Of a stretch of DNA of 64,000 bases, positions 1-12,456 are shown piece after piece. Each line of letters opens with the position of its first letter. The first letter of the stretch is position 1. A program made the position numbers and the translations under genes. Source of the DNA: Glycera tridactyla (taxonomy: Eukaryota); NCBI GenBank assembly GCA_965644265.1, contig OZ286477.1:27218001-27282000 (forward strand), written 5' to 3'. The notes under the pieces are model-generated. The model had not been told where the DNA came from. It saw only the letters and a program-made list of their open reading frames with translations, and made no database searches.

Positions 1-199
1 TCATCTGCAATATCAGACCCGAAGGACGGTGAATAATTAAAGACTGCCTCTAAAGAGAGATGCTCCCTCCGATGGAGAAGGACAAGAGCAAGCGCTAGTA
101 ATCCGAGAGCCATGTAATATTAATTGACTGTTTCCTTGCTACCTTATTTCAGACTTATATACTATCACATATTGTAAGATATCATCGCCATATATATCA

Positions 200-560
200 T
201 AGAACTTACATATGATGAGGAACTATGACCATGTCTATCACAAATATCTCAAATATAGTAAGGAACTATTGGCATGTATATCATTGAACTCTTACATGTA
301 GTGGGAAACTGTGACCATATACATCATAAGTTTACATGTAGTGGAAACTATGGCTATATGTATCACACAGAACTATCAAATATATTGCGAACCCATGACC
401 ATATATCTATGGATCTATTGATAAATAGTGAGAAACCGTGGGCAAATATCCCGGAGATATGTCACGTGTGGACAATTTCTATAGTCATGTATCTCATAGA
501 ATTGTAACATATAATAAGAAACCATTATACATGAAGAGATCATGGACAAGTACATGGCAT
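200..560. repeat. Degenerate ~43-bp minisatellite
   Basis: A GAA(A)C(T/C)RTGRCCATRTNTATCA-like core recurs at ~220, 263, 305, 345, 389, 433, with spacing 39-44 bp. Confidence 0.55.
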
Positions 561-1692
561 GAGCTGCCTGAACAATTCACGGAAATGTCAGCAATGCTTC
601 ATATTGCACTGGTAATGAATAATGATTGAATATCTCACAGATATAACAAAGATAAGGTCAAACTTCACAATAAGAAATATGAGGGCTTCATACAGAACGG
701 GATTTCCCATTTAGTTCCTAGTAGGTTAATGGTCCTTGCGGTGTGGAAAATGATGATACAACATACAGGATATAGCATCCGGGTAAATACACCATGTTTA
801 TTCTCTCTTTGTACGCTGCATCAGACTTGCACCACGTTGAATTTCTATCAGTAAAAAGATCGGTCATGCGCCCCACTGAGAAAAATGATGCTATGTATAC
901 AAATTGTATCTCCACCAATGGCGACACGATCTACGATGTCTTGCTGCTGCTGAAGATGGATCACTCTTCTAACAGAAAGTTCTCTTGTCATTAACTAACT
1001 CCAAGAGTTTTTGGTTAGACAAACATTGATGTGAGTTACAACAGTGTGGAATCTAGTTAATTTACTGATTAGTCTCCTAGGTCCAATGGGATAGAGGTTG
1101 ACATTTTAGTATAATGAACCAAGGCCTGTGTAGTAAGACAAATGGAGGGGAACGAACACAGTGGCTGACATTTGACTCTATATGATAGATAGATATGTAA
1201 AACAGGGAATTGTACTACATAAGAATAATGGCGCTGAAAATGAATCCGCTTTGTTGTTTCACAGTATGTTACATGTGATAGTACGCTGTTAACCACGTAC
1301 TTTGGTACTCGTTTACACACATATGTAATGAATAACGTGATCTCGAAAATAACAGTGTCGTGTTCATCCTTGTACAAGCAGTAGTAGTTTCGGATGGTAG
1401 TAACGACATTAATAGTTGTTATTGTTGATATGTAAAATGTATTAGTGAAATAAGTAGTGGTGGCAGTTGTGGTAGTGGTAGAAGTGAAAGATGTAATANN
1501 NNNNNNNNNNNNNNNNNNNNNNNNNNNNNNNNNNNNNNNNNNNNNNNNNNNNNNNNNNNNNNNNNNNNNNNNNNNNNNNNNNNNNNNNNNNNNNNNNNNN
1601 NNNNNNNNNNNNNNNNNNNNNNNNNNNNNNNNAGTGATATTAGGAGCAGTTGTAGGGTGGTGCTGGTATGAGAATACTTTGTGATAGCAGAG

Positions 1693-1731
<39 letters not shown>

Positions 1732-1783
1732 ATAGTAGTAATAGTAGTAGTAATAGTAGTAATAGTAGTAGTAGTAATAGTAG
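1693..1783. repeat. (TAG/TAA)n microsatellite
   Basis: Direct GTAGTAGTA...AATAGTAG run; explains the poly-Tyr and poly-Thr ORFs. Confidence 0.95.
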
Positions 1784-4662
1784 TGCAGGACATTCACAAT
1801 AATTGCCTATGAATATAGTATTACGGAGCTCTAAAAATAATAATGGTGATATGACACTGACTAATGGGGGCTGAGGTTATAGCCTTTGCAGGAGAACCAA
1901 GGTTATAAAGACTTGCACCATTTGTCATGCTTTCCATAATGTTGTTTACCACTGGGAGCGTTCGAATGAGGCACGGATGAGCTGCAGAATAAACAATGCA
2001 TGTGTGCACTGCAATGAGCCACGAATACAATGGCCACACTGGTCAAATGGCACCGGGTAAAAAATGGCCTGCGCCAGTATAAAGTGTCCTCCGGTGTCCC
2101 TGTCACTTCTCTCTCATCGGGATGAAACCGACCGCGGCTCATCTATCTTTTCCTGTCCGAGTAAATGGAAGCAGACATTAACCATGGCATGCAGCGAAAC
2201 TTTCATCTCGGGCTAGTTCTGCGTGCCGTTAGTGACTGTTACCTAATGTGTCGATTGGAATGCTGGCTATGAAATGTGTGTTCAATGAAATGATTGACTT
2301 GTTGAAANNNNNNNNNNNNNNNNNNNNNNNNNNNNNNNNNNNNNNNNNNNNNNNNNNNNNNNNNNNNNNNNNNNNNNNNNNNNNNNNNNNNNNNNNNNNN
2401 NNNNNNNNNNNNNNNNNNNNNNNNNNNNNNNNNNNNNNNNNNNNNNNNNNNNNNNNNNNNNNNNNNNNNNNNNNNNNNNNNNNNNNNNNNNNNNNNNNNN
2501 NNNNNNNNNNNNNNNNNNNNNNNGATAGAGAGAGACCATTGTCGATGCGTCGTTCCCATTTGCACAGTTGGGCATGCCATTGATAGGACCATCAAAAATG
2601 TCAGCAAATTCTATTTGACAACACTTCTTGTATTCTTCGTTTGTGAGAAGGATGCTAGTAGGATTCGTGAACCCAGCTTTCATAGTTTAGGACCACATGG
2701 GATAATGAATGTCAAAAAACTCCAATCGAGCAGATCGGGTTTCGACAACTTTTTCTCAAGCCTGAAGTGATAGCTACAGTTAGATTACGCCATCACTACT
2801 AGTTACTAGTAACTAGAGAACAGAAGTGTTGAGGATGTGCTGAGGGCTCAGGGGCGGACTCCCAATACATATTCGTTCACAGAAACTACATCAATTTCGA
2901 ATTTGAGAATCAAACTTCGATTGATGATGCCATACATAAGCATGTCGACTATTCCATCAACTTGTAGATGAGTAATCTTGAAATAAGAAATCCTCAGGGG
3001 CAACCTGCTTATTTATTCCCCTCGCGAGAGCTGGACGTATTAACTGGAATTTCTCCCATCATATTATCAATTACCACTACTCTCTTTGCATGAGGGGTAA
3101 AATAAGGTCATGTTTGATTGATGAATACCTTGACTTTTGCTGACCTCGAGCAAAAGCATGGCTGAACCTGGACAATCATCACCCGAAGCTGGACAAACGC
3201 ATATGGCATGTAACTAGGTCACGTTATGCTAATTGTGTCAAGGATCATGCACGCGAGATATATATCTCAATATATTTGCCAGGCAGCTGTCTTCACTACG
3301 TAGAATTTATGTCGACTGTGTGAATACTGAGTCCCATTTATTATCAATATCAACAGGAGAGAGGCCTGCGCCTTTGCAAATCTCCCTTGTATACAAGGGA
3401 GAGTGACCTCTCATAACCATCCCCATCCATCATTGTCCTCACGTGCCAGAGAAGGTTACCAATATCGGCAAGAGTGTATTAGTAATCTATTTGAGGGTGA
3501 TTTATTGTATTTATCGAATTATGAGACATGGGGCTCTCCTTTCTACTGAGAGCATACGCGTGTCATATATAGGCCATGCCGCATTAGTTACTCAAGTAGG
3601 GTTGAATATCTTGTTATCCACAGTTTCTGAACAGGTGCCACCCAATATTGATTGAGTAAAATATTGGAAATGTGAGTTCTATTCTTCGTCTTCATCATCG
3701 TCGCCAGTCACAGCCGTCAACGTCATCATCCAGCTTGAGGATCTCAACTTCAAAATCGAGTTCAAGCCTAAGGGAATTCTTTCGGAATTAGTCTTCGTTA
3801 TCAGAGATCACAACGATTACGGAGAGAATGATTCAGATTGCTCTTTATTCAGCCAAACTTCAACATTTCACGCACATCATTCCCCCAACTCTCCCATTTC
3901 ATCAATGTGAATACTGTCATGTTGGAAATGTCAGGAGTCTGAGATCATCTCAGCCATCCCCATTCATGGGCGTCTCGCTATTGCCTACCTGGTGGTCAGG
4001 GGGCGCAAAACGACCAACCAACCAACCAACCGACACGGAACCAATCCACCTTCAATTCTTAGGCAAAAAAGAGTGTAAAGGCTCGTCGTATTCAGGTATC
4101 TCTACTCTTTGGGGTCTCTGCGCAATACCTCTTTAACAACCACCCCCTTCCCCCTTCTTAGCTCTCAGCTATAAATTCCGGGAGAAATTAACCTGTATGG
4201 GATCAGCGAGCAACCAGAGGGGGGTCATATATCCCCACCATATTCATCTCCTTGTTTATCGGCCATCACCTAGCAACAGTCAGTTCGGCCACAGTCGACT
4301 GGGCAAGGGGCATATTAGGTAAAGATAGGCCACAAATAACCCCACATACTCTATTGTTGTCTCATCTCAATATGATGAAATAAATTATTCGAATCATATT
4401 ATTGAGTCCAGAAGATGTATCTATAGTTAATACCTGTTCTATCATCCTTGAATGATATATAGTGCGTGAGTAGGGCTAGTACAGTCTATGTCTCTTGATT
4501 TATCTTGACGTGAAATCAATCTTACTTACACGACTGAATCAGATCATAGATATTGCAAGCCATGCTAAGGTATTTCGTGTACTGAATGCATATGTACACC
4601 TTCTGATCGTTCGTAGGGCTGTGCCATCGACTTTTATTTTCACCTTTCCGCCCAATGAAATA

Positions 4663-4839
4663 CAGTCGAACCTCTCTATAAAGACCGCCTTCGGTCGCAT
4701 CAAAAAGTGGTCTTCAGAGGGAGGTGATCTTTATAGAGAGGTCATTTACTGTTGAAAGTACTACCACGGTCGCACCTCGGGTGGTCTTTATAGGGAGGTG
4801 GTCTCTATAGAGAGGGGGTCATTAGAGGAGGTTCGACTG
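4663..4839. mobile_element. Tc1/mariner (pogo/Tigger-like) MITE, 177 bp
   Basis: TIRs CAGTCGAACCTC...GAGGTTCGACTG, flanked by TA on both sides (4661-4662, 4840-4841); internal GGTGGTCT(T/C)TATAG repeats. Confidence 0.9.
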
Positions 4840-6571
4840 TATCCCTTTGAAGCAAGGAAGGAAGAGGGATGGGACATTGAGGACCATCGAAATGCCAGGA
4901 CGCTCGGAACTCTGCATGTCATGACAATCATATCGAATACCCCTGTCATCATCAGACCTGTCTTATACCCTTTAATAACCGAAGCAGTCCTCGGATGGAC
5001 CCCCACCAAAGACCAAAACATCATGGTTAGTCCAGTGTTCATGAAAATATCACTGAATATTCGAATGCCAGCCAGTTTCACAACAAGTGCAGGGTTGCCT
5101 GCAGGGGAGGCCATTTCACACATTTTATTGACCACGTGCCACTTCTCGAAAAAAATCTGGGGACATCAAGCAGCCTGCACTTTACAGTATCATGGGGACC
5201 CATGTTTTGAAGTTTGTGAAGAAATGCCCAATTCCTTAAATACCCCCAATTTTGGAAATCCTCAATGCAACGCTGCAAGTGATACAATTATGATACTAAC
5301 AGCTCTGTTTTCGTAAAAAGTATTCAGAAATAGTCAGGACATCCACTTCTAGCACACTTTGATGAATTTCAGGGAATTTTCTCGTGCGTGAATCGTGAAT
5401 ATGCCGATATTTGGATCATACAAGTGCGTGGCGAAACGTCATGCAGTGATTCCCAATCTCCGGAAATCTTTTGCAGCTATTTTCATCAAGCTGAGAACGT
5501 GAAATGATGACATGAGCGTCCGAGTTTTTTTTTAATCTCTGACCATTTCTCCAAATTTTCTGTTTTTAGGTGGATTGTCAGAGGAGCTGGAAGACACCGG
5601 CTCGCTGGTCTCGTTGGCTGTTGTTCAGAGGGCATTGGCTGAATGACCTCGGCCGAACATATAGCTGAATCTGGTTCAAATATGGCCTGCCATACCTGAA
5701 AATCATCCCCCGTAAATGAAGTAATTGTTCGCAATCGACAGAAAATCAAAGGAACACATGAGGTAAGCATCAAATACCACAGCAATGATTTGTTTCACAC
5801 TTTCCTGGAATGTTCAAGAAAAGGGCATAATGTCGGTGTTTTCACGAAATGGCCAATGGTCTGACAGCTGTTAGTTGATCCTCGGTGTTCGAGTTGAGGT
5901 CAGTCTGTTTTCCAAGGCATGCAGTACTTCGCTTGCCTCAAAATTCCGATGGTAGATGTCATCTTGATTTATTCATGGTTATTTGAATAAAACTCAACAA
6001 GTAGCATGACTTATTCATGATCTTTTTGGGGGGATCAGTGCGAAAACAGCCATCATTACTCATTGTTCATCGGAGGTGGTCATCCCTGGTAACGCATATG
6101 CATCCGCGTCGAAGTTATGGTCTCAGGTCAGTGAAGTGAAAAAAAACGATTTCACCATAAAGAAGGAGATTGTGATGAATCACAAGGGCAGAGTGTATGC
6201 TAGTGAAACGGCCACACTATAGTTAGATAGTTACCATTTATGTTGTGACTGGCTATTACAAGGGTTCTAGACCCCGGTACCTAGTCCTTAATGGGTACAT
6301 CAAGTTGACTGGTTATTGACTCTACTGTCTGGTAACGTCGCCGCCAAATAGCAGTCATCAAACCCCCCAAACCCCGGTGTCAATAGGTCAACCCAACTAA
6401 CGGCACCTGTGTCGGACGCCGTAATATCCTAGAATTTGTTATAACAACCCCATTACTTTTCCCACCCTCCCTCCAAATGAGTATGGTTGTGCCGTATTCT
6501 ATACTGCGTGTCGAAAATCAGATGAAGAATTGAAGTTGAAATGTCGTTGTAATCAATAGAGCTGGATATAT

Positions 6572-6754
6572 CGGTGGTGCCAATTTTCCAAAAAATTTCT
6601 GAGATCCGAAAATTGGGTGAAAAACGATAATTTCCGAAATTGCTATATCCTGCTTGAGAGTTTCAAAATGAATAATTTTGATGATATGATGGGGTAGTTT
6701 CCGAAAATATTCATATATTTCCGAAAATTCAGCTTCATCGCATTGGCATCACTG
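6572..6754. mobile_element. MITE family A copy (TIR CAGTGRTGCCAAT, 6-bp TSD; hAT-like)
   Basis: CGGTGGTGCCAAT...ATTGGCATCACTG, with ATATAT on both flanks; colinear with the copies at 7298, 10474 and 35767. Confidence 0.85.
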
Positions 6755-7297
6755 ATATATATACAGTATACTTCTAACTCTATGCTGTATTCGGACCAGG
6801 AGTTTTTGGTCAGATACTATGATGAATGAACCATATACTGAGGTTTCAAATCAAGGGACTTCATTCTCAATTTTCACCTAATTGCATCATCACTGTATAG
6901 TATAATACTGTGATCGGTTCGGCGTATTGTATCTTATCGTATCTAGGAGCGGGCCAATTGGCACACGTTCGTTTCCATTGAACCTTTTTCTAAATGATAG
7001 GTACACCGAACCCTCCATCATTTCCCAAGTACATCATTATCATTTTTTGCACATCATTCGATTAGAGCCCTGATAATACGAAGAGCCAATTTGCTTTCAA
7101 ATACATATATCTCGTTGCATTTCGATTGCCATTTTCGGATGATGACTAGGCTGAATCTATTGCATTTCACTATCGATGCAGAATCCCGCATTTTCTTATA
7201 TCTCGATTAATGCAAAATGGCACTAATTCTCTGGAATTAACGCGATTGTTATATTCAGTTCACCAGAGTGAGGTGACAAGTTTTGAATGGCTCTCAT

Positions 7298-7480
7298 CAG
7301 TGATGCCAATTTCCCGAAAATTATCGGAAATCCGAAAATCGGGTGAAAAATTATAATTTCCGAAATTGCTATAATCTGTTTGGGAGTTTCGAAATAAATT
7401 CTTTTGATGATATGATGGGGTAGTTTCAGAAAATATTCCTAGATTTTCGAAAATTCAGCTTCATCCCATCGGCATCACTG
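7298..7480. mobile_element. MITE family A copy
   Basis: CAGTGATGCCAAT...ATCGGCATCACTG; flanks TCTCAT/TATCAT (5/6 match). Confidence 0.85.
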
Positions 7481-8428
7481 TATCATGGAGGAGAGTAGAG
7501 TGATAATGCGAAGTTTGCAAAGTCGTTCGCCGCCACTGCAAAACATTCCCATCTTCAGCAATATATCAAATCAGTTGGAGGGTAACTGATGGATGGTCTT
7601 TGATAATGTGATCCGACGATAGGTTGACTTTGTTTGACTTTCTCTGTCTTGCGGAGATTTATCGCGGAATGAGACTGAGCTCCTGCATTCTTGGTGGCTG
7701 GGTAAGTGTGCAGATATGCTGTGCCAGAGCTAACATTTTCCAGAAAAGACTCAGAGATGTCATGTTAAAGCTACACCACAAACATTAAAATATCGATGTA
7801 AAATCCCGAATCACATCACAGAAACACCATTGTATGTCATCTGTAATCACCGTCCGATACGCTGAGATGACATCACAACTTTTCACCATTTTACTCAAAT
7901 CCCCCAAATGTTGTCTATATGATCATGTGTAATATAAGTCAGTCATAGGTGTTTAATGCGGAGGAAGTATCGAAAATCAATGACATACTCTGATAGAATC
8001 TCAAATAATATTCCCCATGGCAATTGAAGGGAAAGCACAATTTTCATTTGGACAAATATATGTTGAATATTTCAATGGTTTTTCATGATGGTATAGTCCA
8101 TTATGCTCATTGAAGTATATTTTGAGATGATCCAGAAGGTTGATGACTGATACCATGACATGGACGCCAACATCCATTAGCGGGCCCTTGATATGACTGA
8201 CATGACTGTTGCTAAGTGATGGTGAAATCTGACTGGTATGTCTGGCTGGTATGTCTGATATTGGGCCTGCACTGAGTAAGTCGAGAGGTTATCCGCAATA
8301 TTAACCCGAATGACCGGGACTTTCTGTATTCTTACCCTTAGTAAATGTATCAATAATGTGAGAAATCCATTTATCGTCGAGTTATGATATATGTATGTGA
8401 GCCCCACGTGTTTCTCCGTTTGATATAT

Positions 8429-9002
8429 NNNNNNNNNNNNNNNNNNNNNNNNNNNNNNNNNNNNNNNNNNNNNNNNNNNNNNNNNNNNNNNNNNNNNNNN
8501 NNNNNNNNNNNNNNNNNNNNNNNNNNNNNNNNNNNNNNNNNNNNNNNNNNNNNNNNNNNNNNNNNNNNNNNNNNNNNNNNNNNNNNNNNNNNNNNNNNNN
8601 NNNNNNNNNNNNNNNNNNNNNNNNNNNNNNNNNNNNNNNNNNNNNNNNNNNNNNNNNNNNNNNNNNNNNNNNNNNNNNNNNNNNNNNNNNNNNNNNNNNN
8701 NNNNNNNNNNNNNNNNNNNNNNNNNNNNNNNNNNNNNNNNNNNNNNNNNNNNNNNNNNNNNNNNNNNNNNNNNNNNNNNNNNNNNNNNNNNNNNNNNNNN
8801 NNNNNNNNNNNNNNNNNNNNNNNNNNNNNNNNNNNNNNNNNNNNNNNNNNNNNNNNNNNNNNNNNNNNNNNNNNNNNNNNNNNNNNNNNNNNNNNNNNNN
8901 NNNNNNNNNNNNNNNNNNNNNNNNNNNNNNNNNNNNNNNNNNNNNNNNNNNNNNNNNNNNNNNNNNNNNNNNNNNNNNNNNNNNNNNNNNNNNNNNNNNN
9001 NN
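8429..9002. other. Largest of 11 N-runs (assembly gaps or masked simple repeats)
   Basis: Other N-runs are at approximately 1499-1632, 2308-2523, 9126-9279, 19499-19676, 26269-26536, 26672-26835, 27306-27491, 34499-34663, 48394-48521 and 59862-60043. Most abut microsatellite-like sequence. Confidence 0.95.
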
Positions 9003-10473
9003 ACTGTCCGAATATATACCTGTCAGTCTACCAGACTCTCTGCCTATCCGCCTGTCTGTCTTAGTTCTTTTTCACACTCAATTATCCCCCATGCATTCAT
9101 CCATTCGTCCATCCTTCCATCCATCNNNNNNNNNNNNNNNNNNNNNNNNNNNNNNNNNNNNNNNNNNNNNNNNNNNNNNNNNNNNNNNNNNNNNNNNNNN
9201 NNNNNNNNNNNNNNNNNNNNNNNNNNNNNNNNNNNNNNNNNNNNNNNNNNNNNNNNNNNNNNNNNNNNNNNNNNNNNNNCCTACCTACATACCTACCTAC
9301 TTAGACCTTCTCACCTACTTTATCTGCTTACCCAACCATATGTCTGCCCACAGCCTCGTCAATAGATCCTACCTAAATCCAATGATCTGTGTCCGTTGTT
9401 ATATCGAATGTAATTGTATCTTGAAGTTGCCAAAATCCAACGAGTAGATAGAGTTGTACATGACATGTAATGGTGATGGATTGAGATAGACACGAAAATG
9501 TATGTTTCTCACCTACGATTTTCATGCAGCCTGTCTGTCAGAAAGATGAGGGCGACCTTTAGTGCTTGGTAATGTTATCCTTAGTCCGAGCTCCAAATCC
9601 AGTGAGTAATGCCATGGAAACATACATTTCGATAGCAAGCAATCACCGAGTTACACCCACACCACCATATGACATACTGAATCAACTTCAGGAACTGGTT
9701 ATAAAGACGGACATGATGAAACTATTTCTTTCTGTGAGAAAAACTAGCCTTGTCTCGGCGTGGGTTTGATAACAAGGCTATTAATCTATCAAATAGCCAT
9801 GAAAAAGTTTATCAGCATACACTGATATTTCTAACTTATTGCTCTCCTAAACAAAGCATGTCTGTGATAGTAGATTCAAATCTATGTCTGGTCAAGGGAA
9901 TATTTAGGAAACTATGAGTAATGTCTATGTTGACATATATCTATAACTGGGATATGACAAATAGTGCTAGTTATCAATGTGAGACCAACCCCTGGGTCAG
10001 TCACTGCTTTGTTCCCTTGAGAAGAGTTTTTCTCTCTTTAGTCCAGGGTCAGGCTAGTGGCTTCAGTCACATCTGATAAATATGAAACTGGTTAAGTGAC
10101 GCATGAAGATCTGTGGGCCTGATGGATGACCAACGGCCCAGTAAAGGAAATTGCCATCAGGGAGAATACCCCAGACCATAGGTTATACCACTGAATTTCC
10201 TTCACCATTAACCTTTGCCTTACCGCAGAGAAGTTATTGCGCAGAGGGATCTTCAATCATACACCTTGACATCATATCACTTGCTGGCAACGGCTTCTTA
10301 TTCTTACACATAAAAACATAAATAGTACCTATGCTGCGTCCTAACGGATCTGGGCTCGTCTACCTGTGATGAGAATGGCTAAATACAGTAATTCTCAATC
10401 AAACAAGATTTCGGTTTCACGTAACCAACGATTCTGATTCATTTCCTTGTTCCAAATACTGATTTGAATGAAG

Positions 10474-10649
10474 CAGTGGTGCAAATTTTTCGAAAATCTT
10501 CGGAGATCCGAGTGGAAAAAAATAATTTCCGAAATTGCTGAAATCTGGTTAGGAGTCTTCGAACAAATACTTTGGATGATATGATTGGGTTGTTTCGGAA
10601 AGTGTATCCATATTTCCGAAAATTCAGCTTCGTCCCATCGGCATCAATG
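10474..10649. mobile_element. MITE family A copy (diverged)
   Basis: CAGTGGTGCAAAT...ATCGGCATCAATG; flanks ATGAAG/TTGAAG (5/6 match). Confidence 0.8.
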
Positions 10650-11409
10650 TTGAAGCATTTTTCGGATTTGTGGTATTGCTCTGGCCTCGTTTTTTTGTTC
10701 TGAAAGTGGATAGGGTTTAACAGTTCAAATGTATTCTTCTGTTCTGATGAATTCTCTTGTTTTGATTATTATGAATTGTGAGAAGCACTTCTTTTTGTTT
10801 TAGGTTTAGCCTGTTAATAGTTAGGTATGCGATGAATTATCTCTTTTCTTATCATTATATAAGAGTGAATCCAGGATTTCTTCCCCTCCCACTCGTCCAG
10901 CCATCCTCTCCTCAATCAGGTCATTTGGGGAAGAGCACCAAGCCCCCAAACCGTTATTCCTCAATCTATCATTGCTGAAACTGCAATGATTACTCTGAAA
11001 AAATGTAGGCATTACTCGTATTAGTCAAAAGGTTTTGGCATATATGACATATAATGAAAGACAATTACAAAATCACAATGTATTCTCAAAGATTTAGATT
11101 AATTTTATTGGCATCACGGCATATATGACCACTATACATTATTGAAAAGGGTCCCCTCGATCTGTATTCTGTGTGGTAGTGTCTTGGAGGAGTGACAGCC
11201 ACTTGACGGCTGATAATGACATAGTGGCATGGCCACTAAATGGATTATGCTTGTCCAAGTCGGATGGGAGCCATGAGGCATCATTGTAGCCCCGTCTTCT
11301 GCATACCCATTTGGCAGTGTTGGCTTCACCCAGATTGTCCAATTATTGCTTCTGATCTGTCAGATTCCACTCCTCCTATAGCAACCGTCTATAGGCAGTC
11401 GACAGTGCA

Positions 11410-11645
11410 GTTTGTTTGTTTGGTCGTTTGTTTGAGTTTAACGTCACTTAAACCCGCATGGGTTATATTGGGCTGGAAAAACTGAGAATGCTGAAGAAAA
11501 GAGTCACTGCCTGCCAGGGGCCATCCGACCGAAAGACGGCAGTGGATCTTTAACGTGCGTAAAGGAAAAGGCTCCTAAATACACGGCCCGCCTTTGATAT
11601 CCCAGTCGGCATGCACTCGGTTCCCGACAGTGCAGAGATGCAAAC
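11410..11645 (-). mobile_element. 5'-truncated SINE-like fragment
   Basis: The minus strand contains GCACGTTAAAGATCC, resembling a central block of invertebrate tRNA-derived SINEs, and ends GACGTTAAACTCAAACAAAC...CAAACAAACAAAC, a typical SINE/LINE (CAAA)n tail. Confidence 0.55.
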
Positions 11646-12456
11646 CATATCCATTTTAAAGTACTATTTTTCCTCTGTTCACAATTTTGAAGTAAATGTA
11701 AGATTGTGAAGAGAAAAAAGATGGTACTTCATAATTGTCATGTTTCCTATCCCTGCATCGTGATCCAAGTACTGCTCGCGCTCCTCGAAACAATAATTTG
11801 CCATTCCATACTTAACCATTAGATCAAGTAATTCAGAAATGTCTGAGATGACAATCAATGACAAACGTTGGCGTCATCACCCTCGAATATTGTCATCATC
11901 ATAGTTTTTGGATGTTAATCTCTGATGATACCGGCATTTATTTGGATATAATGATCACTCGTTTTGGGATGTTATGTGATATAACACCGAGAAAAGTCTG
12001 ACACATTAGAAGACGATGACAAATACTGATAGCATTACCCTGACATATTCACATCATTATTTCGGTTGGCAGTGGTCGGCTGCCGAGAATTTGGATCTCA
12101 GTAAAATGATTGCTCTTGTTCGGATGAAACTCTTACAATTCAGGTGAATCATTTCATCATACATCTCTAGAATCAGTTGGATTGCGGATACTAACATGGG
12201 AGATAAAACCCATTAAGCTGATTGGAAATATTGCGCAATTAAGCAAAAATTGAAGGTGTATCCTAGAATGTACTCCACTGACAATTTTCAAGTCACTCTT
12301 AGTTGCATAACACCATAATGCTGTAATGTTCCGCCATGACAAGATTATGAATGACTTTCATGAAAGAAGCATCTTTATTATCTCATTATGCAACTCCCAA
12401 CATGGAAGGATATTTGGGGTCCCCTTCTGTTGATTCTTTCCTCAACAAATCATGAT

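Noticed and set aside
1069-1797. Long ORFs running through N-runs or microsatellites (also 8384-9064, 20097-20635, 26070-26970, 48129-48768, 59699-60292)
   Set aside because: They are open only because of Ns or simple repeats that lack stop codons.
2524-2683. EFADIFDG, resembling the Gypsy pol pre-RT segment
   Set aside because: Only a few residues next to an N-gap; no RT motifs or LTRs are visible.
2731-2770. Penelope-type hammerhead-like words (CTTGAGAAA...CGAAAC on the minus strand)
   Set aside because: Stems II and III cannot be formed and no cleavage triplet is positioned correctly.
3578-3590. 13-mer GCCGCATTAGTTA repeated at 49040-49052
   Set aside because: Isolated 13-mer matches are expected by chance in 64 kb, and the flanks do not align.
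4798-5316. 172-aa ORF and overlapping 115-aa antisense ORF
   Set aside because: It starts inside a MITE and has no recognisable domain.
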